Of a DNA stretch of 64,000 nucleotides, positions 12,953 to 28,769 are shown piece by piece; positions within the stretch are counted from its first letter, which is position 1, and each line of letters opens with the position of its first letter. Origin of the DNA: Eledone cirrhosa (Eukaryota). The position numbers and the translations under genes are program-made. The notes under the pieces are model-generated. The model saw nothing but the letters and a program-made list of their open reading frames with translations, was not told the DNA's origin and did no database searches. The DNA lies in the NCBI GenBank assembly GCA_964016885.1, contig OZ024743.1:289850001-289914000 (forward strand), given 5' to 3'.

Positions 12953-13398
<446 letters not shown>

Positions 13399-13699
13399 GT
13401 TCTTATACAAGCTACATGAAAGTTCGTACGAAGTAAAAGTAAAATACGGAAAATTAAGTCACAATCCCCCCGCCCAAAAGAAAGGAGAAGAAAGAAATAC
13501 TGAATAAACGAGAAATTAAAGCAAGGATGCCACTAAGAAATATAGAAGGCACGGAAAAAAAGGGGGCAGCGGTCGGATAAGAGGGCAAGAATCCGAGGTC
13601 TAACACAACTGCTATAAAAAGCGGAGTCCGCCAAATCTATCGTAGAATAGAGGAGGGGTGGGGGTACTGAGGCTACAAGGGGCCGAGGGGCTGCCTCGG

Positions 13700-13882
13700 G
13701 TGGGCGAGAAAAATACGCCGACAAAGAAAAAGAACTGGGGTAGAAGGAATCCCTCCCTAGTCCTTCTACCCCAGTTCTTTTTCTTTGTCGGCGTATTTTT
13801 CTCGCCCACTGATAGTGGGGTTTATAACCCTCGGAGAAATGGAAAAGATGAGTGTTGCACGGCAACACTCATCTTTTTCCAT
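13700..13882. repeat. Two adjacent near-perfect hairpins (13700-13808 and 13839-13882)
   Basis: gggcgagaaaaatacg...gtagaagga / tccttctac...ttttctcgccc and atggaaaagatgagtgttgc-acg-gcaacactcatctttttccat. Confidence 0.85.
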
Positions 13883-14670
13883 AGCTAAGAATTATGGGTG
13901 TGAATGTACAGGCTTACACATGCAGTTTTTGATTGCAGATATGCATAACTTAACAGCCATAAATGCATGAAAGTTAATCCTATATATTTATATATACTAA
14001 ACATGTTTAATTAATAACACAAGGAATGTATAGCAATAAATAAAAAAATCACTTATGCTTTGTATGTATATGTTATATGCGGGAGTAGATATAATGTGTA
14101 TTTTCCGAGCGTGTGTGTATATATATATTTATGTATCTTTGCCTATGTGTACGTGATATACGATAGGTAATTTCTCTAGCAATATATATATTTTATAATG
14201 TTTAAATTCCAATTTTTAATAAATTGATCTCAATTTTTAAACTAAATATCTAATCATAATTAAACAATGTGTAATTTCTCATATTATATATCTATATTCC
14301 ATTCATGAATATTAATATTTCTAATTTTATTTATTCATTTCATCTCAATTGTTAACTCAACTTAATATGACATAACTTAAGGTTTTCGTTCTCTCTATCT
14401 CTATATATCTCTCTCTTGAGTTTTTTTCTCTGTCTGATCGTTTGATATCTCCCCGTTATTTTTCTCTGTTCTCTTTTCTTTTTGCTTTCTTCTTTTTCTT
14501 TATCTATCTCTCCCTTCTTTTCTCCACGTTTCTCTCTCTCCATCTTTTTACTTACTCTTAACACTATGACTTACTAAAGTAAACAAACCACTATCCTGAT
14601 GGCCTCCAAAAGCAACGGTCACTTTTTAAAAGGGTACGTCAATGTCTATTTAAAAACTGTTATATATTGT

Positions 14671-14735
14671 ATTTTGTCTGATGAAGGCATACCATAATTT
14701 AACTTGGTATCCTTGAAATATATATAATGAAATAA
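14671..14735 (+). ncRNA. Minimal hammerhead ribozyme in a pLTR 3'-end remnant
   Basis: attttgt-CTGATGA-aggcatacca..tggtatcctt-GAAA-tatata-TA-atgaaaat; TA run about 50 nt downstream. Confidence 0.7.
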
Positions 14736-14773
14736 ATATGGTTTTATAAATATAGTTTCCATTTATTAATATC

Positions 14774-15114
<341 letters not shown>

Positions 15115-15293
15115 CAAGTATATATCCCTACACGCAAAAAGCGTTCAGGGACACTTGTATTGTCCAACCATATGCCAATGTGGTTCAATGGCAGGTTAAT
15201 AAATTAACGAGCCAGAATATATATAATCAAGGTTTAGCAAATAAGAAAAAGTTTCAAAATAAATTTCAGAAAATTCACTGTACTCACTATGTT

Positions 15294-15380
15294 ACCTTTA
15301 CCGAATCGGTTTCGAGTCTCAAAAATAAATGGGCAGTCCTTGCGGCCTTCCATTGAAAAGATAAACTCTCGTCAGAAGGT
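15294..15380 (-). ncRNA. Type-I hammerhead ribozyme with long stem II
   Basis: acctt-CTGACGA-gagttt...gagactc-GAAA-ccga t tcgg-TA-aaggt. Confidence 0.85.
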
Positions 15381-15448
15381 TCTTTTCACTCGGAGAATAT
15401 AAAATTCCCGAGTTCAAATCCCGAGATGAGAATGAATGATGTGGAAGC

Positions 15449-15692
<244 letters not shown>

Positions 15693-15731
15693 GTATATAT
15701 ATATATACATATGAATATATATATATATATA

Positions 15732-15767
<36 letters not shown>

Positions 15768-16038
15768 TAAATCATGTCTTTAGAATCATCAGATAAAATA
15801 TATACTATTACTTCTTCTAATTAGCATAATTAACCATATAAGAAATCAGTTAGATCAAGCTATAAGAAGAAAGGCTCTTATGGAGAAATCCCCGACAAAT
15901 AACCGAACGTAGCCTCTTCGCGGTGGCCCCAATCGACTATTTATCCAACATTTCGACAGCATGTAGAAACTGACTAAATATATCATCAACCATACACAAT
16001 TAGGTGTAAAATTAAACTTAGAGGACATGCGTACTTAT

Positions 16039-16115
16039 ATCTCTACCATGGTTTCATGCCTATTTTTAGACATCCAAATAATAGGAATGTCCTGAGTTAG
16101 GATTCATCAGGAGAC
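16039..16115 (-). ncRNA. Minimal type-I hammerhead ribozyme
   Basis: gtctc-CTGATGA-atccta..gacatt..gatgtc..taggcat-GAAA-ccatgg-TA-gagat. Confidence 0.8.
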
Positions 16116-16311
16116 AAACTCAAAATCAGACATCTAGTTTTTCAATCCGATCCCGCCAAAAATAGATTCAAAAATGGCTAAGAATCGCTATGTGGCTGTG
16201 GTCAAGCCAGAAAGAATGTGATTGGTTGCTTACGGCGGGTAGGCTTGCTGCTAGAAAGCGCAGCCAAATATCGCCAAATTTAATCTCAACCTATCGGGAG
16301 ATATATCTATA

Positions 16312-18356
<2,045 letters not shown>

Positions 18357-18439
18357 TTTCTACACTCTACTCTGGTGAATATTGAGTGCTAATTTTGGCA
18401 TACCGCCTATGGAAGCACCATAGCTACCATTATACACAA

Positions 18440-18498
<59 letters not shown>

Positions 18499-18501
<3 letters not shown>

Positions 18502-18608
18502 AAGGCGGGTAAAATTCCCGAGATCCATGGACGAGTTCTCTCCAGCGGTCTCTGTCCCTCATTATCGCTGCCATATCCTGCATCTCCAACAGACCAGTGT
18601 CTGTCCTT
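18499..18608 (-). mobile_element. 110-bp extreme 3' end of the same RTE family as 4294-4607, inserted in (TA)n
   Basis: Apparently identical to 4293-4402. Confidence 0.9.
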
Positions 18609-18641
18609 ATATAGAGAGATATACATATGTATATATATATA

Positions 18642-18688
<47 letters not shown>

Positions 18689-19312
18689 TGAAGTTTCCGT
18701 TGAAAACAGAAAAAGTCATAGGAGTGAAGAGTGCTCTATGTAAGTACCAGAGCAAAATTTAATGTATAAAAAACAATACAATATAATTACCTCATTACCA
18801 GAGGTTTCCCGAATAAAGCGAATACGAAAGAAACGTCTTCATTCGTTCGTCGGACGAGGCAATATAAAACATACCTAAATATTTTAAAGTCTCCTCAAGA
18901 ACTGCAAAAAAAAAAATTATATAAATATAGATAAAGGTAATACAATAGACATGTAAAATATATAAAAATGTGTTTAAGAAATATAGTTAGGTGTGTGTAT
19001 ATGTATGTATATACACTCACAGATGTACATATGTGTGTATGTACAAATGTGTGTGTATAGTGAAAATATGTGCGTAAATATATGTGTGAGGGGAAGTATA
19101 TCTGTGTATATGTAACTACAGACACAGACATGATATGAGTGTCCGGTTGACAGGTATACAGAAAAACAGGGTATTAGATACATTATAAGAATATGAAGGC
19201 ACGCGTAAAACACACACACACGCGCGTACACTTATATGCGGAAGAAAAAGAGGTAAGGAAGTGTAATAGTAAAAAGGAAGTATCCATCTCGATATATTTA
19301 TAAAAAATATTT

Positions 19313-19836
19313 ATTAAATCCTATATCATCAACAAAAAATCACCTAGAGAACATCAACATTGCTCCTGTAGAATCAAAAGTGAATGCCCATTACAAGGTG
19401 AATGCAACACCAAAGCCATTGTATATGCGTCTAAAGTGACAACCATCAGCAACAACCAACCAGCCACCAGTGAACGATATGTGGGTATGACGCAAGACAA
19501 ATTCAAAACGCGTTATTACTCACATGTCGCATCTTTCGACATCCAGAAAAAAGATTTACAATAGCTCTGGCTAGCAGAATATGGGATTTGAAAGACCAAG
19601 GTATCCAATATAAATTGGATTTATCAATTTTGAACCAATCTAAAGAATATGCAAGAGGAACAAGAAAATGCACGCTCTCCATAAATGAAAAATATTGGAT
19701 TTTGCAAAACATTAAATCACCAAAGTCCTGCCTAAACACAAAGACAGAAATGTTCACCAGTTGCCCATACATGAAATCACACCTGCTTCCCAGCTCATAT
19801 AAACTTAACACACTTTCAGATACTTATCCTCCATAA
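19313..19836 (+). pseudogene. GIY-YIG endonuclease domain of a Naiad-type element, one frameshift near 19535
   Basis: CSCRIKSECPLQGECNTKAIVYASKV...RYVGMTQDKFKTRYYSH / RIWDLKDQG...KCTLSINEK...CLNTKTEMFTSCPY; collinear with the C-terminus of the 819-aa ORF. Confidence 0.9.
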
Positions 19837-21155
19837 GCTCTTATTATTCTCTTTAAGACTACCTTTTCTGATTTACTTTCATTTTTAACCTTATTATTAA
19901 TTTCATTTTTATTTTTATTTTTATTTTTATTTTTATTTTTATTTTTATTTTTACTTCACATCCACCACTAAACCTCACCCTTTATTCTCCGATTCACTTA
20001 CCTAATATCTTCACTTTCCACTTTTTACTTCCCTATTTTCTTCACTACCTGATTACAAGAGTCACTTGCGTTTTCCACTCCAGATATTTTCTGTTATTTT
20101 GCAGCCAATTTTATATTTTTATATTTGTACTCACTTATTCACAAGGCTGTTTTTACACCCTGTATCTATGTGTCTGAGCGTCTTTATGTGTGTATAGTTT
20201 CTGTATAAGTACACGAACGCCTCCGTATGTGCGCGCGCGTGCGTGTATATATATATGTGTATGTATGTGTGTTTTTATATCTGTGTTTTTACATCTAGGT
20301 TTTGTTACATTTTAATTTTTATGTGTGTGCATGTAAGCGGGTCAACGTGCGTGACTGTATGTATGTGTGTGTGTGTGCGTGTGTGTACGTACTGAATGTA
20401 TGGATGTGTAAGTGTGCGTATGTATATATGTATGTATATATTTATGTGTGTGTATGTGTGTGTGTGTATACAGTCGCGTACGTACGCGTGATTAGATATA
20501 CATGGGGCAAGGTGTATGTATATATATATGTGCATCCTGTGTGTGTATGTATACTTGCATACGCTTTTGTCTGCACGTTTTGCGTGTATATATATATTTT
20601 TTATAGATATACGTTTCTTATAGATATATGTGTGTATGTACGCGTGTACCTTGTTTTGTTTTCTTTTCTTTACTTTGCAATTTTTTCTTTCTATATTATT
20701 GTTCCATTTTTATAATTATATCGAGAATGATACTTCCTTTTTATAATTACACTCCCTTACCTCTTTTTCTTCCGCATATAAGTGTACGCGCGTGTGTGTG
20801 TGTTTATACGCGTGCCCTCATATTCTTATAATGTATCTAATACCCTGTTTTTCTGTAAACCTGTCAACCGGACACTCATATCATGACTGTGTCTGTAGTT
20901 ACATATACACAGATATACTTCCCCTCACACATATATTTACGCACACATGTTTACTATACACACACATTTTATACATACATATATATGTACATCTGTGAGT
21001 ATATATACATACATATACACACACCTAACTATATTTCTTAAAATTTTTTTTATATATTTTACATGTCTATTGTATTACCTTTATCCATATTTATATCATT
21101 TTTTTTTTGCATTTCTTGAGGAGACTTTCCAAATATTTAGGTATGTTTTATATTG

Positions 21156-21225
21156 CCTCGTCCGACGAACGAATGGAGACGTTTCTTTCGTATTCGCCTT
21201 ATTCGGGAAACCTCTGGTAATGAGG
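21156..21225 (+). ncRNA. Hammerhead ribozyme with CCGACGA (U4C) core (inverted copy at 18790-18859, minus)
   Basis: cctcgt-CCGACGA-acgaat...attcgg-GAAA-cc tct gg-TA-atgagg. Confidence 0.8.
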
Positions 21226-21305
21226 TTATTATATTGTATTGTTTTTTTATACATTATATATATATATACATATGTTTATATATATATATATATACACACA
21301 CACAT

Positions 21306-21351
<46 letters not shown>

Positions 21352-21625
21352 AAAGAAAACAAGATGAAATCGAAAGTGCAACTGGAGTCTTATTTTAAAA
21401 AAAATATACATATTTATTAGGTTCCTTTACCGGTTTCGCAGTACTTCTGCTTTTCAAAAGTAGGGTTGAGATGGAGGGTCTGTGGTTTTTCTCCATCTCA
21501 ACGCTACTTTTGAAAACTATAAGAACTGCTAAACCGGTAAAGGAAGCAAATCAATATATATATATATATGTTTTAAAATAAGACTCCAGTTGCATTTGAG
21601 ATTTCATCTATTTTTCTTTATACTT
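21352..21625. mobile_element. Inverted-repeat remnant with a U3:A8-variant HHR (21425-21460 minus; decayed copy 21507-21542 plus)
   Basis: Minus strand: ctt-TTGAAAA-gcag aagta ctgc-GAAA-ccgg-TA-aag; arms about 21352-21476 and 21491-21623. Confidence 0.72.
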
Positions 21626-21682
21626 TCACACGTTAAGGACACCTCAGTTATTTTTCATTTTGTAAAAAAACTTCACTTTGTA

Positions 21683-21900
<218 letters not shown>

Positions 21901-22572
21901 CTAGAAATTGATTAACATATAAATAAACATGAATAATCACAGGAGATAATTTTTACAAGTGTGTAACCACACATAGCTATATATATATATATAATCTCCA
22001 GAATGTAGCTATTGACAAGTTAATTTTCTTGATTTTTAGTTGATTCTATTGACTGATGAATAGCTTATGTTAATTTTAACCCTTCTGCTGAGAACTCTAT
22101 TCGATTTGTGATGTTTTTGCATTTTTGCAAAAATATACACAATTGAATTCATTCGCCTGATATAAGGGTTGCCTCCCTTGCCGATCCCCACGTGGGGTCA
22201 GAAATAGTCAGTCCTTGTATTAACATTGAACTAAAACCTGTTGAGAAAGTGGCGTCCTTGTTCAATCATCTTACCAGAAGCCTAACATTATTTATGTAAG
22301 CGGACAGTACTTGATTTAGGAGCCGCAGAAACCCAAATACTGAATTTTACCAACCTTCCAGGGGTCCAGGTAAATTTTCAATACCCGAATTACTTGATCG
22401 TTTTTTTGGCTATGCGAATAATTGTTTAACCATCGTCTCAGTGTGTTTGGCCTTTAACGTTTGTTATAGCTCTGGTTTATCTGAATTATTGAGCACTTGC
22501 CACACATCTCGGAGGTTGTTTTTCGTTATTTTGTGAGCCGAAATGCGATTCTCGATAATTTATGTTTGTTTT

Positions 22573-23525
<953 letters not shown>

Positions 23526-23585
23526 TGTTGATTTAAAACTGCACTATCCACAAGGGTTTTTTAGCCTCCATATCATGTTCTCCTG

Positions 23586-23652
23586 TTTTATCTGATGAAA
23601 ACACAAATATTATTGCATGATGATGTTTGTTTTTGAAATGCGCATAATAAAA
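23586..23652 (+). ncRNA. Canonical minimal hammerhead ribozyme (same family as 34149-34215, minus)
   Basis: ttttat-CTGATGA-aaacacaaatatt..gatgtttgttttt-GAAA-tgcgca-TA-ataaaa; TA run about 45 nt downstream. Confidence 0.88.
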
Positions 23653-23689
23653 TACATGGAACTCCTTTAACCATCTTTTGATCTTATAT

Positions 23690-23752
<63 letters not shown>

Positions 23753-23760
<8 letters not shown>

Positions 23761-24330
23761 GCATTTTGAAGACCGTATGCTATTGTTTTAGAGTAGTGAC
23801 AAATTCACTCACTTTAATCTCAGCAAACAGGGGAGATAAGCCGACAAGGGCCTTGTTTCTCTTTTGTTGAAGCTTATCAAGGCTAACTACCCGTCCTGTC
23901 TACTGACATTACTGATTTTATATTCTTATAGAATTCTAGTAAATAATCAGGAGCTGATTATACAGAGCGATTGTTGGTCAGGCAGAAAGTAAAAATTAGA
24001 ATTGGAGCTCTGAAATAGCAATATATATATGGATGTATATATAATGTATTTTGCAATACACTTTTTGCTTAATTAAAAGCATTTTGAAGACCGTATGCTA
24101 TTGTTTTAGAGTAGTGACAAATTCACTCACTTTAATCTTTGTTATAACAAAAGCGAAACAAGGCCCTTGTCAGCTTATCTCCCCTGTTTGCTCAGATTAA
24201 AGTGAGTGAATTTGTCACTACTCTAAAACAATAGCATACGGTCTTTAAAATGCTTTTAATTAAGCATAAAGTGTATTGCAAAATACATTATATATACATC
24301 CATATATATATTGCTATTTCAGAGCTCCAA

Positions 24331-24337
<7 letters not shown>
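23753..24337. mobile_element. Retrozyme-like element: 318-bp monomer (about 1.2 units, minus) plus inverted arm; U3:A8 HHR at 23839-23884 minus
   Basis: aattaaaagcattttgaagacc at 23753 and 24071; inverted from about 24146; agcc-TTGATAA-gctt..-GAAA-caagg c ccttg-TC-ggct. Confidence 0.78.
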
Positions 24338-24377
<40 letters not shown>

Positions 24378-24378
<1 letters not shown>

Positions 24379-24748
24379 AATAAAATATAGAGTTATTAAC
24401 TCATATAGATACCCTGCAATTAACAAGCTCAAAGTATAAATACTGAGCATTATAATATTAATATGTGTAGTAGGTAAACACAGTAAATCCCGTGTCTTAA
24501 ATTACGAGGGTAGATTACACCACAAATGTTATATATCTTTCAACTTGAATCATATGGGAAGTTACAACATTTCTTACAAGATTTCTCATACATACCATAT
24601 CAATAATGGTTATTGATATGGTATGTATGAGACATCTTGTAAGAAATCTGGTAACATCCCATATAATTCAGGTTGAATGATATATAACATTTGTGGTGTA
24701 ATCTACCCTCGTAATTTAAGACACGGGATTTACTGTGTTTACTGTGTT
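24378..24748. repeat. About 270-bp imperfect palindrome (centre near 24608) with left extension, between TA runs
   Basis: gtaaacacagtaaatcccg...catatcaataa-tgg-ttattgatatg...cgggatttactgtgtttac; 24380-24431 also occurs at 23412-23463. Confidence 0.85.
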
Positions 24749-24762
24749 TATATATATGTATA

Positions 24763-24896
<134 letters not shown>

Positions 24897-24897
24897 C

Positions 24898-24977
<80 letters not shown>

Positions 24978-24980
<3 letters not shown>

Positions 24981-26623
24981 TATGCATGTATACGTACATA
25001 CATATATGTATACAGACGTACAGTAGCATGCACATATATATATATATATACATATATACATACATATGCATACAGGTACACATACATATATGCACGTATC
25101 AGTTTAGTGGCGCTAACGTCGCTTTGTTCGTTTGTAAACAAACTGAACAGCCTGAATTTATGCCATACGGTGTTAAGGCAACCACGTCACCTTTTTGTTC
25201 AACACTGACACAGGAACGATGTACTAGTTTCAAGCTTGTTAGCTATCATCAGCACCGTTTACCCATCTGCCAGATAGTTGAACGTTCGAAAGTATATACT
25301 TTCCTTATGAAAATTAACGGCTGAGCAGCCTAATTTGCATATTGAGTGAGTTAAATCGGTCAGGCATACCGAAAACGATAAATTGAAACAAAATGAAAAC
25401 GAAATTTCATTTCTCACTCTTAGTATGGCACTTACTTAAATGTAAGTATGCATGTATACGTACATACATATATGTATACAGACGTACAGTAGCATGCACA
25501 TATATATATATATATATACATATATACATACATATGCATACAGGTACACATACATATATGCACGTATCAGTTTAGCGGCGCTAACGTCGCTTTGTTCGTT
25601 TGTAAACAAACTGAACAGCCTGAATTTATGCCATACGGTGTTAAGGCAACCACGTCACCTTTTTGTTCAACACTGACACAGGAACGATGTACTAGTTTCA
25701 AGCTTGTTAGCTATCATCAGCACCGTTTACCCATCTGCCAGATAGTTGAACGTTCGAAAGTATATACTTTCCTTATGAAAATTAACGGCTGAGCAGCCTA
25801 ATTTGCATATTGAGTGAGTTAAATCGGTCAGGCATACCGAAAACGATAAATTGAAACAAAATGAAAACGAAATTTCATTTCTCTCTCTTAGTATGGCACT
25901 TACTTAAATGTAAGTATGCATGTATACGTACATACATATATGTATACAGACGTACAGTAGCATGCACATATATATATATATATACATATATACATACATA
26001 TGCATACAGGTACACATACATATATGCACGTATCAGTTTATGTGCATGCTACTGTACGTCTGTATACATATATGTATGTACGTATACATGCATACTTACA
26101 TTTAAGTAAGTGCCATACTAAGAGTGAGAAATGAAATTTCGTTTTCATTTTGTTTCAATTTATCGTTTTCGGTATGCCTGACCGATTTAACTCACTCAAT
26201 ATGCAAATTAGGCTGCTCAGCCGTTAATTTTCATAAGGAAAGTATATACTTTCGAACGTTCAACTATCTGGCAGATGGGTAAACGGTGCTGATGATAGCT
26301 AACAAGCTTGAAACTAGTACATCGTTCCTGTGTCAGTGTTGAACAAAAAGGTGACGTGGTTGCCTTAACACCGTATGGCATAAATTCAGGCTGTTCAGTT
26401 TGTTTACAAACGAACAAAGCGACGTTAGCGCCGCTAAACTGATACGTGCATATATGTATGTGTACCTGTATGCATATGTATGTATATATGTATATATATA
26501 TATATATGTGCATGCTACTGTACGTCTGTATACATATATGTATGTACGTATACATGCATACTTACATTTAAGTAAGTGCCATACTAAGAGTGAGAAATGA
26601 AATTTCGTTTTCATTTTGTTTCA

Positions 26624-26626
<3 letters not shown>
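24978..26626. mobile_element. Retrozyme-like tandem array: 468-bp monomer, about 2.3 units minus joined head-to-head to about 1.25 units plus
   Basis: Near-identical units start near 24978, 25444 and 25912; inversion junction near 26038; one HHR per monomer; no credible ORF; TA flanks. Confidence 0.9.
25215..25259 (-). ncRNA. Canonical minimal hammerhead ribozyme (copies at 25683-25727 minus and 26282-26326 plus)
   Basis: aacggtg-CTGATGA-t-agct aaca agct-t-GAAA-ctag-TA-catcgtt. Confidence 0.9.
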
Positions 26627-26716
<90 letters not shown>

Positions 26717-26739
26717 TAAATATATATATATATATATAT

Positions 26740-27833
26740 AGATAATTTAATATATCTACTAACATAAGCGCACAGATTTACGCTAATGCCAGCAAATACA
26801 CAGGTTATGTCATAGTACCTAGGTGGTTCAATGCAGGAGAATGCAGAACAATAATATAAAAGACGTAAAATAAGAAAACTTTTTAAAAAAATTAACTTAC
26901 TTACTTAAATTTTCACTCCAACTAATTAGTTTCTGCAATGGGATAAAGACAGTTACGTAATGAACTGTTGAGAATTTCATTGCGTCATCAGGGAGGTCAT
27001 TCTCAGCCAAGTCTCCAGGCAATGCGCGGACACTGGGGACTCATATAAAAATAATAATAATTCGGTAAATGGAACAGCTATCGAGGACTGGATTCCAGCT
27101 ACTGAAAATTCTCACTGCCACTGGTCATATGGCCGATTCTAAAGAATCAATCACGTGACACAGAGGCTAGTCAGTAGGAATGGGATGGTAAGATGACAGA
27201 CGCCTACTAACAACCCCAAAAAATTTAGAAGTGGTTTTGGCAGGTTTGCTCGACAAATCAGTGATTTGGAGATAAATATAGATAATTTAATATATCTACT
27301 AACATAAGCGCACAGATGTACGCTAATGCCAGCAAATACACAGGTTATGTCATAGTACCTAGGTGGTTCAATGCAGGAGAATGCAGAACAATAATATAAA
27401 AGACGTAAAATAAGAAACATTTTTTAAAATATTTTAAAAAAATTAACTTACTTACTTAAATTTTCACTCCAACTAATTAGTTTCTGCAATGGGATAAAGA
27501 CAGTTACGTAATGAACTGTTGAGAATTTCATTGCGTCATCAGGGAGGTCATTCTCAGCCAAGTCTCAAGGCAATGCGCGGACACTGGGGACTCATATAAA
27601 AATAATAATAATTCGAATTATTATTATTTTTACATGTGTCCCCAGTGTCCGCGCATTGCCTGGAGACTTGGCTGAGAATGACCTCCCTGGTGACGCAATG
27701 AAATTCTCAACAGTTCATTACGTAACTGTCTTTATCCCATTGCAGAAACTAATTAGTTGGAGTGAAAATTTAAGTAAGTAAGTTAATATTTAAAAAACTT
27801 TTTTAAAAAATTTTCTTATTTTACGTCTTTTAT
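26740..27833. mobile_element. Retrozyme-like tandem array: about 540-551-bp monomer, about 1.6 units minus with a spacerless fold-back at 27614/27615
   Basis: gataatttaatatatc at 26741 and 27281; palindrome centre aattcgaatt; HHRs at 26916-26995, 27467-27546 (minus) and 27683-27762 (plus). Confidence 0.9.
26916..26995 (-). ncRNA. Canonical type-I hammerhead ribozyme of the 540-bp family (five copies in the window)
   Basis: ctcc-CTGATGA-c-gcaatg..acagtt..aactgt..cattgc-a-GAAA-ctaattag-TT-ggag. Confidence 0.9.
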
Positions 27834-27851
27834 ATATATATATATATATAA

Positions 27852-27895
<44 letters not shown>

Positions 27896-28623
27896 TTTTT
27901 TTGGGAATGTATTTGACTGTTATTTCTTGTAAACAAACATTCATTTCATCCTTACGTCACTAACCCTGTTTTTCCTCAAGTGCGTTTTTCATAATCACGC
28001 GTGATGGTGAACTAGCCAGTTTTTGAATTCCCTTTTTGGCTTATAATTCTGTGAGAGCCCTGGTTATCGAGTTGAGCTCTGCTGATGGTGAATTCCAACT
28101 GTGACCATCTCCACTGAAAGTTTTCATGAAATAGTCTTCAAGACTATACAGAGCATTTGATGTTTTTCCAAATTGAAGGATAAGTATTTTAGACTTTATT
28201 TTATCATGAGTTAAGGCTCTATCGATTTTTCCCTGGATTTCACTAAATTCTGTGGATGAATTTATATCCTGATTCTCTTTTGAGATGAGTTTGAATTATT
28301 TTTCCTACATCTTACGTTAACTATTTTCCCATCTTGACGACATAGTCGCATATATGTTATGGAATACTGTTAGCTTATCGCTAAAACAATTTCTATACCT
28401 TTCATTTATATATATATATATATATATTCATACATATAAGGGTGTTCATCCAATGTCTTTTGTAAATTTATTTACTCCCTTATAGTTGAGTAAAAATAAA
28501 ATTTGGCCTAACCGGACTAAGTCTTGTAGCAGCCCCGTTACTTGCGATTGTCCACATATCACTGCCACTATAGGGATTGAAGGACCAAGACCAAGCGGTA
28601 TGTTGAATAACCAATTTCTTGTG

Positions 28624-28683
28624 TTTTATCTGATGAAAGCGTACTCAAAAACATCTGTACCCTTGAAATATATGTTATAAAAT
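28624..28683 (+). ncRNA. Minimal hammerhead ribozyme, related to 14671-14735
   Basis: ttttat-CTGATGA-aagcgtac..gtaccctt-GAAA-tatatg-TT-ataaaa; TA run about 55 nt downstream. Confidence 0.7.
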
Positions 28684-28726
28684 ATATACTTTGCTTATGT
28701 GAAATTATTTCTCATTTATTACTATT

Positions 28727-28769
<43 letters not shown>

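Larger units (their letters stand above)
18688..21255 (+). mobile_element. Second Naiad-type family: 5'-truncated copy (about 19310-21255, plus) with an inverted pLTR (about 18688-19295)
   Basis: 18763-19295 is the reverse complement of about 20718-21254; GIY-YIG fragment present; HHR in both arms. Confidence 0.88.

Noticed and set aside
25305-25400. Possible plus-strand HHR (CTTATGA...GAAA) in the 468-bp monomer
   Set aside because: Core and cleavage triplet do not fit; a canonical HHR lies on the opposite strand.
24978-27833. CRISPR-like array or repeated small protein genes
   Set aside because: Units are about 470-550-bp full repeats without unique spacers; the ORFs are short and low-complexity; context is eukaryotic.
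27900-28400. Possible coding remnant on the minus strand
   Set aside because: Frames are interrupted and show no recognisable motif.
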